A DNA stretch of 64,000 bases, taken from positions 1,698-65,697 of the forward strand of contig NW_021824849.1 of assembly GCF_006345805.1 (NCBI RefSeq). The letters run 5' to 3'. Of the stretch, positions 1 to 12,235 are shown one piece after another (position 1 is the first letter of the stretch; each line of letters begins with the position of its first letter). Under the pieces are notes generated by a model that did no database searches, was not told where the DNA came from, and worked only from the letters and a program-made list of their open reading frames with translations. The position numbers and the translations under genes were made by a program. Source of the stretch: Octopus sinensis. Taxonomy: Eukaryota.

Positions 1-140
1 TTTTTTCTGTGTCCCTTTCTGTAGAAGAGCGTAGGCTCGAAACGTAAAAGACTTTTTTCTATTCCTGAGCGTTATACTAATACATCTGTTTGTTTTATAC
101 ACTACCTGTCTTCATCTTTTGTTTTTTTCGTAAACTCACC
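1..140 (+). mobile_element. Penelope-like terminal repeat fragment with minimal hammerhead-like motif (family PLE-a)
   Basis: cttt-CTGTAGA-a-GAGC-gtag-GCTC-GAAA-CGTA-aaag at 15-50; same repeat at 2290-2460 and 54395-54570. PLE assignment inferred from the minimal hammerhead architecture. Confidence 0.55.
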
Positions 141-789
141 CTAGAATATATGGGCCTGATATGACCAGCTTAAATGTTAATGGTTTAAAACAGGGGTCGG
201 CGAACCGGGGTAAATTATCCCAGTGGAGTAAAAATGAAATTCTTGTAGGTAATGAGGTCTCATTAGACATAAGTAAAAATATATTTAAAAAAACATGTTC
301 CTTGTTGCAACAGAAAATTTTCTTTTGGCAAGTTTGCATCTGCCCAATGTAATAGACGTGTAAATAGATTCACACAGATTCAATAATATAGATTCAATAC
401 ACTTTTTTGAATTCAAAGAATCTACGATTTTCTTCCTTTTAAATCAAGAGAGTAACATCGACGTAAATAGATATGTATTTTGGGGTAACTTTTTAAAAAT
501 TTCCTCGATTCCCGGCTTAAAGCTACAGAATCAGTTGAAGACTTATTAAGGTGTCGGAGATGAAAAGATTTCAGTGAATTTTATCCTCTACTTGATCCCC
601 CGCAAAGAGAAATGGTATTAAAACCATTGTACATCAGCCTTCGGTATTGGTGGAGCGTAAAGAATGAACCATGCTAGAATCAAACGAATCTATAAACCCA
701 AATGTCCTTTCTGCTAGAGAATTGAAAAGACGTATCTTTTGATACTTAATTTATCGCAGGTAGTCATCAATAACTTAATTCAATATGGA

Positions 790-1155
790 AGCGAGTTGGC
801 AGAAACGTTAGCACGCCGAGCGAAATGCTTAGTGGTATTTCGTCTGCTGCTACGTTCTGAGTTCAAATTCCGCCGAGGTCGACTTTGCCTTTCATCCTTT
901 CGGGCTCGATTAAATAAGTACCAGTTACGCACTGGGATCGTTACAATCGTCTTAATCCGTTTGTCTGTCCTTGTTTAGCACCTCTATGTTTAGCCCCTTG
1001 TGGGTAGTAAAGAAATAGGTATTTCGTCTGTCTACGTTCTGAGTTCAAATTCCGCCGAGGTTGACTTTGCTTTCATCCTTTCGGAGTCGATAAATTAAGT
1101 ATCAATTGCGTACTGGTGTTGATCTAATGGACTGGGCCACTCTTCCAAAATTTCA
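790..1155 (+). mobile_element. tRNA-derived SINE family B: full monomer (790-1017) joined to a headless second unit
   Basis: A-box-like tggcagaaacgttag, B-box gagttcaaattcc, central gactttgcctttcatcctttcgggg; junction aaagaaata|ggtatttcg at 1017/1018. Confidence 0.85.
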
Positions 1156-2266
1156 GGTTATCCCATAAATAATGCGGTATTTTCCAATTGCATGAACTAA
1201 AAGTCGGAGAGGGACGGCATAAACTACCTGCATTAATTTGCTATAAAAGCAGGTAGTAATTTTACCTTGTCCTTATTCTCAGTGCAAGTATATGGGGATC
1301 GGACAATAAGCGTAAGCCAGTGTCAACAGTGGTTCCAGAGATTCCTACCCGGAAATTACAGCCTGGAAGATGAGCCTCGTCTTGGAAGATCTGTAGAGCT
1401 CGATGAGGACGTCCTGCAAACCCTAATGGAACAAAATCTCATCGTAAATGTTGATGAACTAGCAGAGAAGCTTGGATGTTGTCATTCAACCATTCATCGA
1501 CACCTGCGTATTATCGGAAAAGTCAGCAAATTGGGTCAATGGGTTCCTCACAAACTTTCCAAGTCTAATCGCGCGCAGGGAGTGAATGTGTACTCTTCTT
1601 TACTGTCACGTTTCACGAATGAACCTTTTTTTGGACCGAATAGTGACTGGTGACGAGAAATGGGTTCTCTCTAAAAATGTTAAGCGCCGAAGAGAGCGGG
1701 TAGGGAAAGGAGAGACACCGGCACTCCAGTCTAAAGAAGGTCTTTACACATATAAGATGTTGTTATATATTTGCTGTGATACGAAAGGTTTAGTCCGCTT
1801 TGAACTTTTAAACCCAAACCAAACGATAACAAAGGAGAGCTAATGGGTAGCAGTTTGAGCGGCTTAAGTCAGCGAAAGAAAAACGACCATTTTTGGTTTC
1901 AAGACAAAAGGTGTTCTTCCATCAGGATAATGCTCAACCACGTACAACAAGGATGACGGGAAACGATGCCCCACCAATCGTATTCGCCTGACATTGTCCC
2001 ATCTGATTCACATCTGATTATCACTTATTCTTCAAAATCATTTGGACAGAAAATATATGAATTCTGTAGCTGAGGTCAGAACAGTATTGGAGGAGTATTT
2101 TTCATCACGGACAAGTGAATTTAGGAAGAGGGAGCCTTGCAAGTCTACCAGATGGAAGAGCATTGTAGAAAATGAAGGGGAGTATATTTTAGATTAAAAA
2201 AGAAATTTATCTTAATTTTGAAAAATAAAAGTACACAAAAACATCATTATTTATGGGATGACCCTA
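1156..2266 (+). mobile_element. Mariner (DD34D) transposon, decayed
   Basis: TIR cores atcccataaataatg (1160-1174) and cattatttatgggat (2245-2259), right TIR followed by TA; frameshifted transposase with WFQRF, GQWVPHKL, RIVTGDEKW, HQDNA and SPDIVPSD motifs. Confidence 0.9.
1267..2190 (+). pseudogene. Mariner transposase pseudogene
   Basis: ORFs 1267-1653 and 1586-1843 plus downstream fragments; frameshifts, stops and an internal deletion before the SPD motif. Confidence 0.85.
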
Positions 2267-2289
2267 TATATATATATAATATATATATA

Positions 2290-2460
2290 TTAGCTACTAC
2301 ACGCATTTTTTCTCTCCTTGTTTTTTTCTGTGTATCTTTCTGTCGAAGAGCGTAGGCTCGAAACGTAAAAGACTTTTTCTATTCCTGAGCGCTATACGAA
2401 TACATTTGTTTGTTTGTACTCCACCTGACATCGTCTTTTGTTTTTTCGTAAACTTTCCCT
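2290..2460 (+). mobile_element. Penelope-like terminal repeat fragment (PLE-a)
   Basis: Second copy of 1-140 with CTGTCGA-a-GAGCgtagGCTC-GAAACGTA at 2340-2367, flanked by (TA)n. Confidence 0.55.
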
Positions 2461-2498
2461 TATATATATATATATATAATATACTTCATTAAAAAATT

Positions 2499-2639
2499 GC
2501 AAAAATATATCACAAAAACTGTTACTCAGAGTTTCACGTTCTCGTTCGTCGGACACTTATGTTTAAACATTCTAACCATAAATGTCCGACGAACGGGTAC
2601 GTGAAACTCTGAGTAACAGTTTTTGTGATATATTTTTGC
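2499..2639. repeat. Fold-back inverted repeat, 63-bp arms, each with a hammerhead-like motif
   Basis: Arms 2499-2561 and 2577-2639, 3 mismatches, 15-nt spacer. Confidence 0.9.
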
Positions 2640-2849
2640 TGCATTTTAATAATGCATATTACTCTACCTCGGGTATTCGAGTACTATTTTTTCCACCTTG
2701 TTTTGCATTTATGTACTTACTCTGGTATATATATAACATATATTATCACCGTGATCACCGTGACCGACCAGGCCATCAGATGTTGCTACACATCGCTGGT
2801 CACAATGCGCTTCGCATTGTTTTAGCCTTCAAATGCCGCCACACCGCTG

Positions 2850-3056
2850 GCTGAGCGAGCAGGCCAACAGAAGAAAGAGGGAGAGAAAGTTGTGGCGAAA
2901 GAGTACAGCAGGGATCGCCAACACCTCCTGCCGGAGACTCGTAGAGTTTTAGGTGTTTTCGCTCAATAAACACCCACAACGCCTGGTCTGGGAATCGAAA
3001 CCGCAATCCTGCGACCGCGAGTCCGTTGCCCTAACCACTGGGACATTGCGCCTCCA
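2850..3056 (-). mobile_element. tRNA-Arg-like SINE family C (partial)
   Basis: Reverse complement of head gtggaggcgcaatg-cccagtggttagggc-cggactcgcggtcg; matches 3662-3850 and 36307-36706. Confidence 0.8.
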
Positions 3057-3342
3057 CACACAACATATATATACATTATATATATATATAATAATATATA
3101 TATATATATGTATACCTATTTATATATACATATGTATGTATGTATGTATGATGTATGTATGTATGTATGTATGTTATGTATGTATGCATGTATGTATATA
3201 TGCAGGTATATGCCGTCCTGTCCGGAAAGAAAATAACTAGTCTAGACAGGTACAGCCGTGGTGGGAATCGCACAGAAATAGACACACAAATATAAAGACA
3301 CGCGTACAAGCACACACAGATGGAAACACACGCACACACACG

Positions 3343-3396
<54 letters not shown>

Positions 3397-3661
3397 CACA
3401 CACATACACACGTGTATTTATGAGTAATCAATTAACTATTTTGCCTTGAAATTCTATTAATATTCCTCTGGCTACTACTTCGTTTGATTTGCTAGAAACA
3501 GCAACCAATCTACCCCAAATTGCACCCAGTCCTCTTAGAAGTTGAAGGATAAGGTATATAATGAAGTGCTAAGAACGGTGTGCTTGGAAATAGGTTGAAG
3601 TGATTGTGACTAAAATGCTCTTAGTGATTCAGCTGGACCTGGATCGAACAACAGTAACACA

Positions 3662-3850
3662 GTGGAGGCGCAATGGCCCAGTGGTTAGGGCAGCGGACTC
3701 GCGGTCGTAAGAACGCGGTTTCGATTCCCAGACCGGGAATTGTGAGTGTTTATTGAGCAAAAACACCTAAGCTCCACGAAGCTCCGGCGGGGGAGTGTGG
3801 TGAACCCCGCTGTACTCCTTCACCACAACTTTCTCTCATTCTTTCTTCGT
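3662..3850 (+). mobile_element. tRNA-Arg-like SINE family C (5' part)
   Basis: tRNA-like head with TCG anticodon-like loop and B-box ggtttcgattccc, followed by non-tRNA body. Confidence 0.8.
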
Positions 3851-4189
3851 ACTTCTTCCATAAAGCAGAGGAACCATGGCGTAACCCACTATTTTGTGGT
3901 AAACTCGTTCAGATCCTAGTCTAGATTGCGAATCCTCTATACCCCAGGATGGTTCAGCTCTCCACCCGTTAAAAGCCACCGTTTACGGAATGAGGATAGC
4001 AACGTAGCTTTCGCGCCCGTGCAACCGCCAGTCTATCGCATGTGGTGGGTGGATCTTCAAGTTGCCACACGCATTCTTAGTAGCTTAGAGTAGGCTCGAA
4101 TTAGAGATTATTCATTGTGGCTAATGGCGCGAGTCCTGATTTGAAGAAGAAGAAGAAGAAGAAGACAACAACAATAATAATGATTTTTT

Positions 4190-4398
4190 TCTAACTTTGG
4201 CACATGGCCAGCAATTTTAAGAGGAGAGGGGAGTGAATTATATCGATCCCAGTGTTGAATAAGTACATTATTTTATCAACTCCGAAGGAATGGAGGGCAG
4301 AGTAGACCTCACCGGAATTTGAACTCAGAACAAGAAGACGGACGAAATGCTGCTAAGCATTTTGCTCGGCGTGCTAACGATTCTACCAGCTCGCAGCC
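4190..4398 (-). mobile_element. SINE family B, alternative-tail subtype, degenerate
   Basis: ggaatttgaactcagaac B-box complement and gctaacgattctaccagctcg head complement. Confidence 0.7.
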
Positions 4399-5035
<637 letters not shown>

Positions 5036-5605
5036 GATGGCAGTACCAGGCAGTGGCTCTCATGGCTTCTGATCTTAACTGATTGGAAGTGTTATCATGT
5101 ACATTGTTTTGTCTGGTATAAAAGATGGGCTACAGCAAATATTCTGCTCCATACCACAGATTTGCTTGTCAGTTGTTTGACCTTAACCAGTTGAGCATGT
5201 CCTTCGTGGCTGACAATATGTGCATCTCTGATCACGAGCAGAAGTAGTGGGGGAGCATCATAGCCATGTGTGAGAGGGATCTTTTGGGGGTTTGAATAGT
5301 TCACCTCTGGAAACATGGGTGGTTCTTTCAACATCCTTAAACAACCCTTATTCAGGGACTGTTTGAGCGGGATGGGCTACTCAATCTGAAGAAAATTCTA
5401 ACTGGGCCCCACCTGCAAGGTCATGTGCTGTTTATCTTGATATGAGATCACCATGTCGCGCACATATGGTTGTGATGCATGTGCCTGTTGTACCTTTATC
5501 AGACGGGTAGTCATGATGGGTATATTGGGCTTCGTATATTTTACCCCAGTGTCACTTTGATGGCATGCACTGCTCTCTCACTCAATAATAATAATAATAA
5601 TAATT
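5036..5605 (+). mobile_element. Probable interspersed repeat with (AAT)n tail, unclassified
   Basis: About 550-bp complex segment ending in ctcactc(aat)n, embedded between microsatellites; single copy in this window, repeat status from recall only. Confidence 0.4.
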
Positions 5606-5805
5606 TTTGATTTTGGAATAAGGCCCACAGTTTTAAGAGCAGGGAGAAGTCGATTGCATCGAGTGCTACACTGGTACTTATTTTATCGACCCCGAAGGAA
5701 TGAAAAGTAAAGTTGACCAAGCCGTAGTTGAACTCAAAACGTAGAACCGGAAGAAATGTAAATGCGCGAAGCATTTTGTACAGCGCCATATTGATTCTGC
5801 TAGCT
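5606..5805 (-). mobile_element. SINE family B, alternative-tail subtype
   Basis: ggtacttattttatcgaccccgaaggaatgaaa core and head complement. Confidence 0.7.
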
Positions 5806-6049
5806 TCTCGCCACTAAGAGCAATAACGATGATAGCAACTTTATTTTCCTGTGACACCAACACCTTTTCCGGTTGCATCCACGTCATCTCCGTTACCCTC
5901 ATTCCCATCAACTGCCAAACATGTAAGTCACATTAGACGTTGGTATTTAAAGTGTCAACTTTTTGTACAAGCCATAAAACAGCGATAGATTTGTTATGAC
6001 AAATTTAGACTCAGATGGCGCCCAAGATGCGAATATAATAATCATGTAT

Positions 6050-6283
6050 AAAGCGGGCGAGCTGGCAGAAACGTTAGCACGCCAGGCGAAATGCGTAGCC
6101 GTGTTTCATCTGCCGTTACGTTCTGAGTTCAAATTCCGCCGAGGTCGACTTTGCCTTTCATCCTTTCGGGGTCGATAAATTAAGTACCAGTTACGCACTG
6201 GGGTCGATATAATCGACTTAATCCCTTTGTCTGTCCTTGTTTGTCCCCTCTGTGTTTAGCCCCTTGTGAACAGTAAAGAAATG
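6050..6283 (+). mobile_element. SINE family B monomer with 14-bp TSD
   Basis: TSD tataataatcatgt at 6034-6047 and 6284-6297. Confidence 0.9.
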
Positions 6284-7398
6284 TATAATAATCATGTTTT
6301 GCTCCGTTGTTCATCGGACCCATATCGCTGAGCCGTCATTCGCAAGCGAGTATGAACATAGTAGTTTGTACTATGCTTTTGCTTTGCTAATTGTTTTATG
6401 TGCTTATGTACCGTATATCTTGGTGTATAAGTCGACTGTATTTATAACACGACACCAGAATTCGGTTAAGATGCCCTTCTATGTGAGAGAAAGGACAAGT
6501 AAGATACGTAGTGAAGTTGAATAACACAACGTCCTACATAAATAGAAGTGTGATCAAATACAAGCTGCGGAAGAAAACATAAAAATCAACGGAAAGAGCA
6601 AAGATGAAGAGTGAACACTGTTGAAGACATCATGGCAATATTTCACTCTTGATGCAGTGGCTGGGAGGTACGTAACACAGAGTACGACGCCTCTGTGACT
6701 GTTGGAACATCGCTTTCATCGTATGCAACCAATTTCAGCTTGAAACTAGCTTCCCATTTCCTTCGTTGATCAGTTGGAGCCATGTTGGAGTTTTACGCTC
6801 GCTAGAAATTAATACTCACCCAAAGAAAGCGATATTGCTTATGATGGAGAGACAACTTGAGCCTTTTTAAGAAATCTTGTCCTTAAAAGATTTGAAGTAC
6901 CGGGAACTATAAGGTTTATTGTGGTTGGTTAATCACAGAGGGTAAAACCTACAGCTTGCTGGTCACTTTATCTGTCTTAGCCCACAGTCATTAAAGCGTG
7001 AGATCGAATCGTGCCGAATGACTCCCAATTTGGAGCTACTAAGGGCATGCAAGAAGAAAAGCCCTGCAGCGTCAAGGTTTGAGGGTGTGCCACTCTTCCT
7101 CTTCGGACACGAAGAATTTGCCATTATGTGTTGTAGTAATGTACCAGATGTGAGAGCCAGACTGCATTGTGGGTATGGGATATCTGCGTGTGTAACAGCA
7201 GTGTCCTGTCAGATCTAGGAACAATGTTGCATTGAGGTTTAGGGTACCTGTATATGTAATAGAAGTACATACACTGATGCGAGAATAGTACCAGTGAAGT
7301 ACTTGATTCAACTGGCTGCCTTCCCTCATTATTGCTGGCCTTGTGTGAGCAGAGAGCAGGCAGAAGAATTAGAACTGGAGAAAATGAGTTTTAATTCT

Positions 7399-7639
7399 TA
7401 TTTCTTTATTGCCCACAAGGGGCTAAATATAGAGGAGACAAACGAGGACAGACAAAGGGATTATGTCGATGTAATCGGCTTAATCCGTTTGTCTGTGCGT
7501 AACTGGTACTTATTTAATCGACCCCAAAAGGATGAAAGGCAAAGTCGACCTCGGCGAATTTTGAACTCAGAACGTAGCGGCAGACGAAATACCGCTAAGC
7601 ATTTCGCCCGGCGTGCTAACGATTCTGCCCGCTCACTTA
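7399..7639 (-). mobile_element. SINE family B monomer with 18-bp TSD
   Basis: TSD aaaatgagttttaattct at 7381-7398 and 7640-7657. Confidence 0.9.
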
Positions 7640-8397
7640 AAAATGAGTTTTAATTCTACCAAGATCGATGTTGCCTTTCATTCTTTCGGAGTCGATAAAA
7701 TAAAGTACCAGTTAAATACTAGGGTCGATGTTATCGATTTATTGTTAGTCATGTGCCAAAATGAAAAAGAATTATCTTTGTTGTTGTTGCAGGTGCTGCT
7801 GTCGTTATTTATCCAAATACACCTATGACTGAAGATATTGCAGCTATGAACATTCTGTGTTTTTAAAATGATCAAAGACTATAGATATCCGCTGTGTCCT
7901 TCCCTCGTGTTGGATTTGAAGGAAATTTGTCTGTTATTTCTTGCACGTCGAACGACAAATAGAGTCTCTCTTCTTGTCCTGGAAAAACCTTCCCGGCAGA
8001 TAAAGATCCTCAGTGATATCGTAACTAATACCATAACCGAACAACATACTATACAAAAACATTGAGTTATCGTTGAGAGTATTCAAAGCTCAAACCAGTT
8101 ATGGGCCTTCACCCGGTACGTTTAGCCTAGTTATTTCCCTTGTATCGATCTCGTATAAGTGTCTATTTTTTTTTTTTTTTTATTACGTCATATTTCTCTA
8201 GCGTACACACACATATGTGTGTACGTGTGTGCATTACAAACATACTCTCACTTCCATATATCTAACTATCTATTTATCAGTCTGTGTGTGTGTGTGTGGT
8301 GTGTGTGTGTGTGTGTGTGGTGTGTGTGTGTGTGTGTATGTGTGTGTGTGTGCGTATGTGTGTGTGTGTGCGTATGTGTGTAAGTGTGTGTTTGTGC

Positions 8398-8429
<32 letters not shown>

Positions 8430-8475
8430 ATGCATGCATGTATGTATGTATGTATGTATGTATGTATGTATGCGT

Positions 8476-8633
8476 ATAGGTGCAGGCGTTGTTGTGTGGT
8501 AAGACGCTTGCTTCTCAATACATGGTTCCAGGTTCAATCCTACTGCCTAGCACCTTGGGTAAATGTCTTCTGCTATAGCCTCGGGCCGACCAAAGCCTTG
8601 AGAGTGGATTTGGTAGAAAGAAGCTCGTCGTAT
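8476..8633 (+). mobile_element. tRNA-derived SINE family A, 5' half
   Basis: ataggtgcagg head, ggttcaatcc B-box, gccttgagagtggatttggtaga body. Confidence 0.8.
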
Positions 8634-8730
8634 AAATGTATACATGTATAGTCCCTACGTGATAACTGTAAACCAACTTTTGGGCCAACCAGTATACACA
8701 TTATATGCATATATATATATATATATATAT

Positions 8731-8799
<69 letters not shown>

Positions 8800-9167
8800 A
8801 GTTCAGCAAAATTTAGATTCAGATGAATATGGTACTTAAGTTAAAGGCACCAGAATTTTGCATGGTATTGTCCATATAAATCAAATGGGCACTTTAAATT
8901 TCTTTTAAAATATTTTATTACATTTAAATTTCTATCTTAGAAACTGAAAAGGGAGCTTGACAAAATTAACTAAATTAGCATAGAATAATGGTTTCATATT
9001 TTTTATAATTAAGATCTAAACTGTTAATATATGAATGCGAAAGAGATAATTGAATAACTGTAATCCTACTTTTAGGCCACCCTGTATGTACGCATATACA
9101 CAGACAGACGTATGTACATACATATATACATATACATTTGTATGTATATATATATATATTATATATA

Positions 9168-9227
<60 letters not shown>

Positions 9228-9302
9228 AAACTGGTGGTGTTGCAGCCTGGCCACAGCCTCAGGGCTGGAACAATGTAACAGAATATATGTAACAGAATAT
9301 AT

Positions 9303-9614
9303 TATAATCAAAATAAGCAACAAGGATATCCAAGGTAGAGTAGTACAATTGTTTCATGCTACTTCATTTTATTAAACCCTGTAAGTATTACATCAGTTTT
9401 AAAATGTCGTGCAATCTTCAGCCACATAAAGAGTTTTTCAATTAAACAGACAATGCACATTCTTATACCTATTTCATTTGCCAATATTACAAAGAGGGTA
9501 GACAGAGAAGTTAATTTCATCATTAAGATGTAATACTTACAGGGTTTAATAAAATGAAGTAGCATGAAACAATTGTACTACTCTACCTAGGATATACTTG
9601 TTGCTTATTTTGAT

Positions 9615-9618
<4 letters not shown>
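9303..9618. repeat. Fold-back inverted repeat, 92-bp arms
   Basis: Arms 9303-9394 and 9527-9618, 2 mismatches, 132-nt spacer, followed by (TA)n. Confidence 0.92.
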
Positions 9619-9671
<53 letters not shown>

Positions 9672-9797
9672 GTGGGTACTGTAAGTTTAGAGTGAATACT
9701 TGATAAGTGTAAGCACCTGTATATGCCAGATAGTGGCAGAGGTGAGAGAATATATCAAACATAAATTAAAAACAGAACACAAAGGATATCGCGGTAC

Positions 9798-10112
<315 letters not shown>

Positions 10113-10652
10113 ACGTTTATATCAGTTAACGGTTACACAACCATCTAAGGGATAACACACAACACACACAAATCAAAAGACACTTCCCTACAGAGATCGA
10201 ACGTGGCTTTAGGTAGTAACGAAGCGGATTTCTTAACCATCTACCCAGGCGTGTGTGTATTTACATGGCTACTGTAGTGTTTGTAGAGGGCGCCACCTTA
10301 GTAAGGCAGCAGGTAAAGTTATATTGCTTTTTATGTGTAAAAAAGCTGACAGTATCAACAAATATTAATGTACCTTGCTTGGTGTGTGGTGTGCGTGCAA
10401 GAGTGTATGTGTATGTTCGGGTGAACATGAGAATTGCGTGTGTGTATGTGTGTGTAGAGTTTAGAAACTATTTCTCTCGTTCTGTTTCTCTCTCTTTCAC
10501 CGTTTCTCTTTCTCTCTCTTTCTTTCTCGCCCTCTCTTACCCTCTCTCTTTCTTATTCACTTTGTACATACGCATATCTATATGTGTGTGTATGTGTGCG
10601 TATGCGAGTGTAGAGGGTTGAAACACTCCTTCTGTCAATCTGTCTGTCTCTT

Positions 10653-10685
<33 letters not shown>

Positions 10686-11156
10686 ACACACACACACACC
10701 ACACACACACACACACACACTTTGTACATAGACATATATGTGTATGTGTGTGAGAGAGTACTTGTATGTGTATGTATAGACGCGTGTGTGTGTGTGTCTG
10801 TGTGTGTGTGTACGTGTGAGTGCTTGTATGTGTATGCATAGACGTGTGGATGTGTGTGTGCGTGCGTGCGTGCGTGTGGATGTGTGTGTGCGTGCGTGTG
10901 TACCTGGAGCCGATTGACCAAATTGTTAGAGCAGGGGAAGCAAAATGGTAGTGTTTTAGAGAACGTTTTCGTTCGGTGTTCAAATACGTCCGGAGTCCAC
11001 TTTAGTTTCCGTTCATCCGTGTTTTATAAAATATAGCAGCGATCCTTATTTTTTTTCCTTTTTCTTTCCTTTTTTTTTTTCAATTTCTAACCGATTTCAT
11101 AGAAGTTAACTTCGCCATGGCACGAGGGTTCAAGCGCGTAACAAAACACTTTAAAG

Positions 11157-11378
11157 TACAGTAATGCTTCACCATATTGCGGTTCACCTATCGCGGTTTA
11201 TCTAAGCTTACGTCGATTCCTCCGTGGTGTTGATTTGCATTAATAATAAAATAAATATATACAAATTATAAGAATAATAAAAAAAAAATACAGTACAGTA
11301 TTGTTTCTACTTGGCGGCTTTTCACCTATCGCGGGGGATTCTGGAATGTAACACCCGCGATAGTCGTGGATCAGTGTA
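11157..11378 (+). mobile_element. Tigger/pogo-like MITE, internally deleted
   Basis: TA-flanked imperfect TIRs tacagtaatgcttcaccatattgcgg and ccgcgatagtcgtggatcagtgta; both ends match 56171-57151 in opposite orientation. Confidence 0.75.
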
Positions 11379-11624
11379 ATTGTACATATATGATACGTAT
11401 ATGTTATATATGTATAATACATATATGTTACATATATAGTAATATAAATTATATATATAATATATAATATATATAATAAATTTCTTTTTTTTCTTCTAGC
11501 CATATTTCTCCCCACTATTCCTCGATTTCTCTCTCACGTACACACACATATTTGTGTATGTGTGTGCATTACAAACATGCTCTCACTTCCATATTATTAT
11601 TATCATATATATAATATATACTGA

Positions 11625-11940
11625 TCTCAATCTTTGGCACAGGGCCAGCAATTTCGGGGTGGGGCTAAATTTATTACATCACCCTTAGAGCTCAACCTGT
11701 ATTTATCTTCCGACTCCGAAGAGAATGAAAGCAAAGTCGACCTGGGCGGAATTTGAACTCAGAACACAAAGACGGACGAAATGTTGCTCAGCATTTTGTC
11801 AGATGGGATAACGACTCTGCCATTTCGCCGCCTTAAATGTATAAAACATATTGGTTTCAAATTTTGGCAGAGGGTCAGCAAGTTCGCAGCAGCGGATAAG
11901 TCCGTAACATCAACCCCAGTGCTCTGCCAGTTCGCCGCCT
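11625..11940 (-). mobile_element. Two adjacent family B SINE remnants
   Basis: aaagtcgacctgggcggaatttgaactcagaac and head complements. Confidence 0.7.
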
Positions 11941-11941
11941 T

Positions 11942-12235
11942 CGCAGCTTGATGTGTTCAGCTACCAGCCCAAGCCCCGTTGCTCGTTAGAGTGAGAAAAG
12001 CAACCTGTCAAGATATCAGTCGCTCTTTGTCAAGTTTACGTTCGAGCCTGTGACAGTGGAGATCTCTGGCGTCCACAGAACCCGGACCATACCCCTGCTC
12101 ACCGCTGTCGAGGCAGAGATTGCGATCCGCAAAGTGCAAGCCGCGCCAGAGTGGCTCTTCCAGCGCATCTCCCTCGCCATCCTCCGAGGGCAACAACACC
12201 TTTTCCATTTTGTCTGCTGGGGGCCCTGCACACTG
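11942..12235 (+). pseudogene. 3' fragment of a CRE-clade non-LTR retrotransposon (restriction-like endonuclease end)
   Basis: Translation ...SRYQSLFVKFTFEPVTVEISGV...WLFQRISLAILRG(N) then FSILSAG after a frameshift; resembles the CRE C-terminal pattern KY..L...FEP.AVET.G...WLFQR.S.AI.RGN; one stop, frameshifts. Confidence 0.75.

Noticed and set aside
160-420. caggggtcggcgaacc hAT-like TIR and a ttaa-ending piggyBac-like terminus
   Set aside because: No matching second terminus or TSD found
790-1155. Rolling-circle or circRNA origin for all family B multimers
   Set aside because: TSD-flanked nested insertion at 28261-28526 and arm-specific variants fit self-insertion plus dimer mobilisation better; not fully excluded for the trimer
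3662-3740. tRNA-Arg(TCG)-like sequence (also at 2990-3056 and 36630-36706) and other tRNA-like heads
   Set aside because: They continue into SINE bodies and lack a paired acceptor stem
7018-7380. Possible RT-like coding remnant (also 12520-12700, 39100-39480 and 46620-46880)
   Set aside because: Only vague motif resemblance; cannot be supported without a profile search
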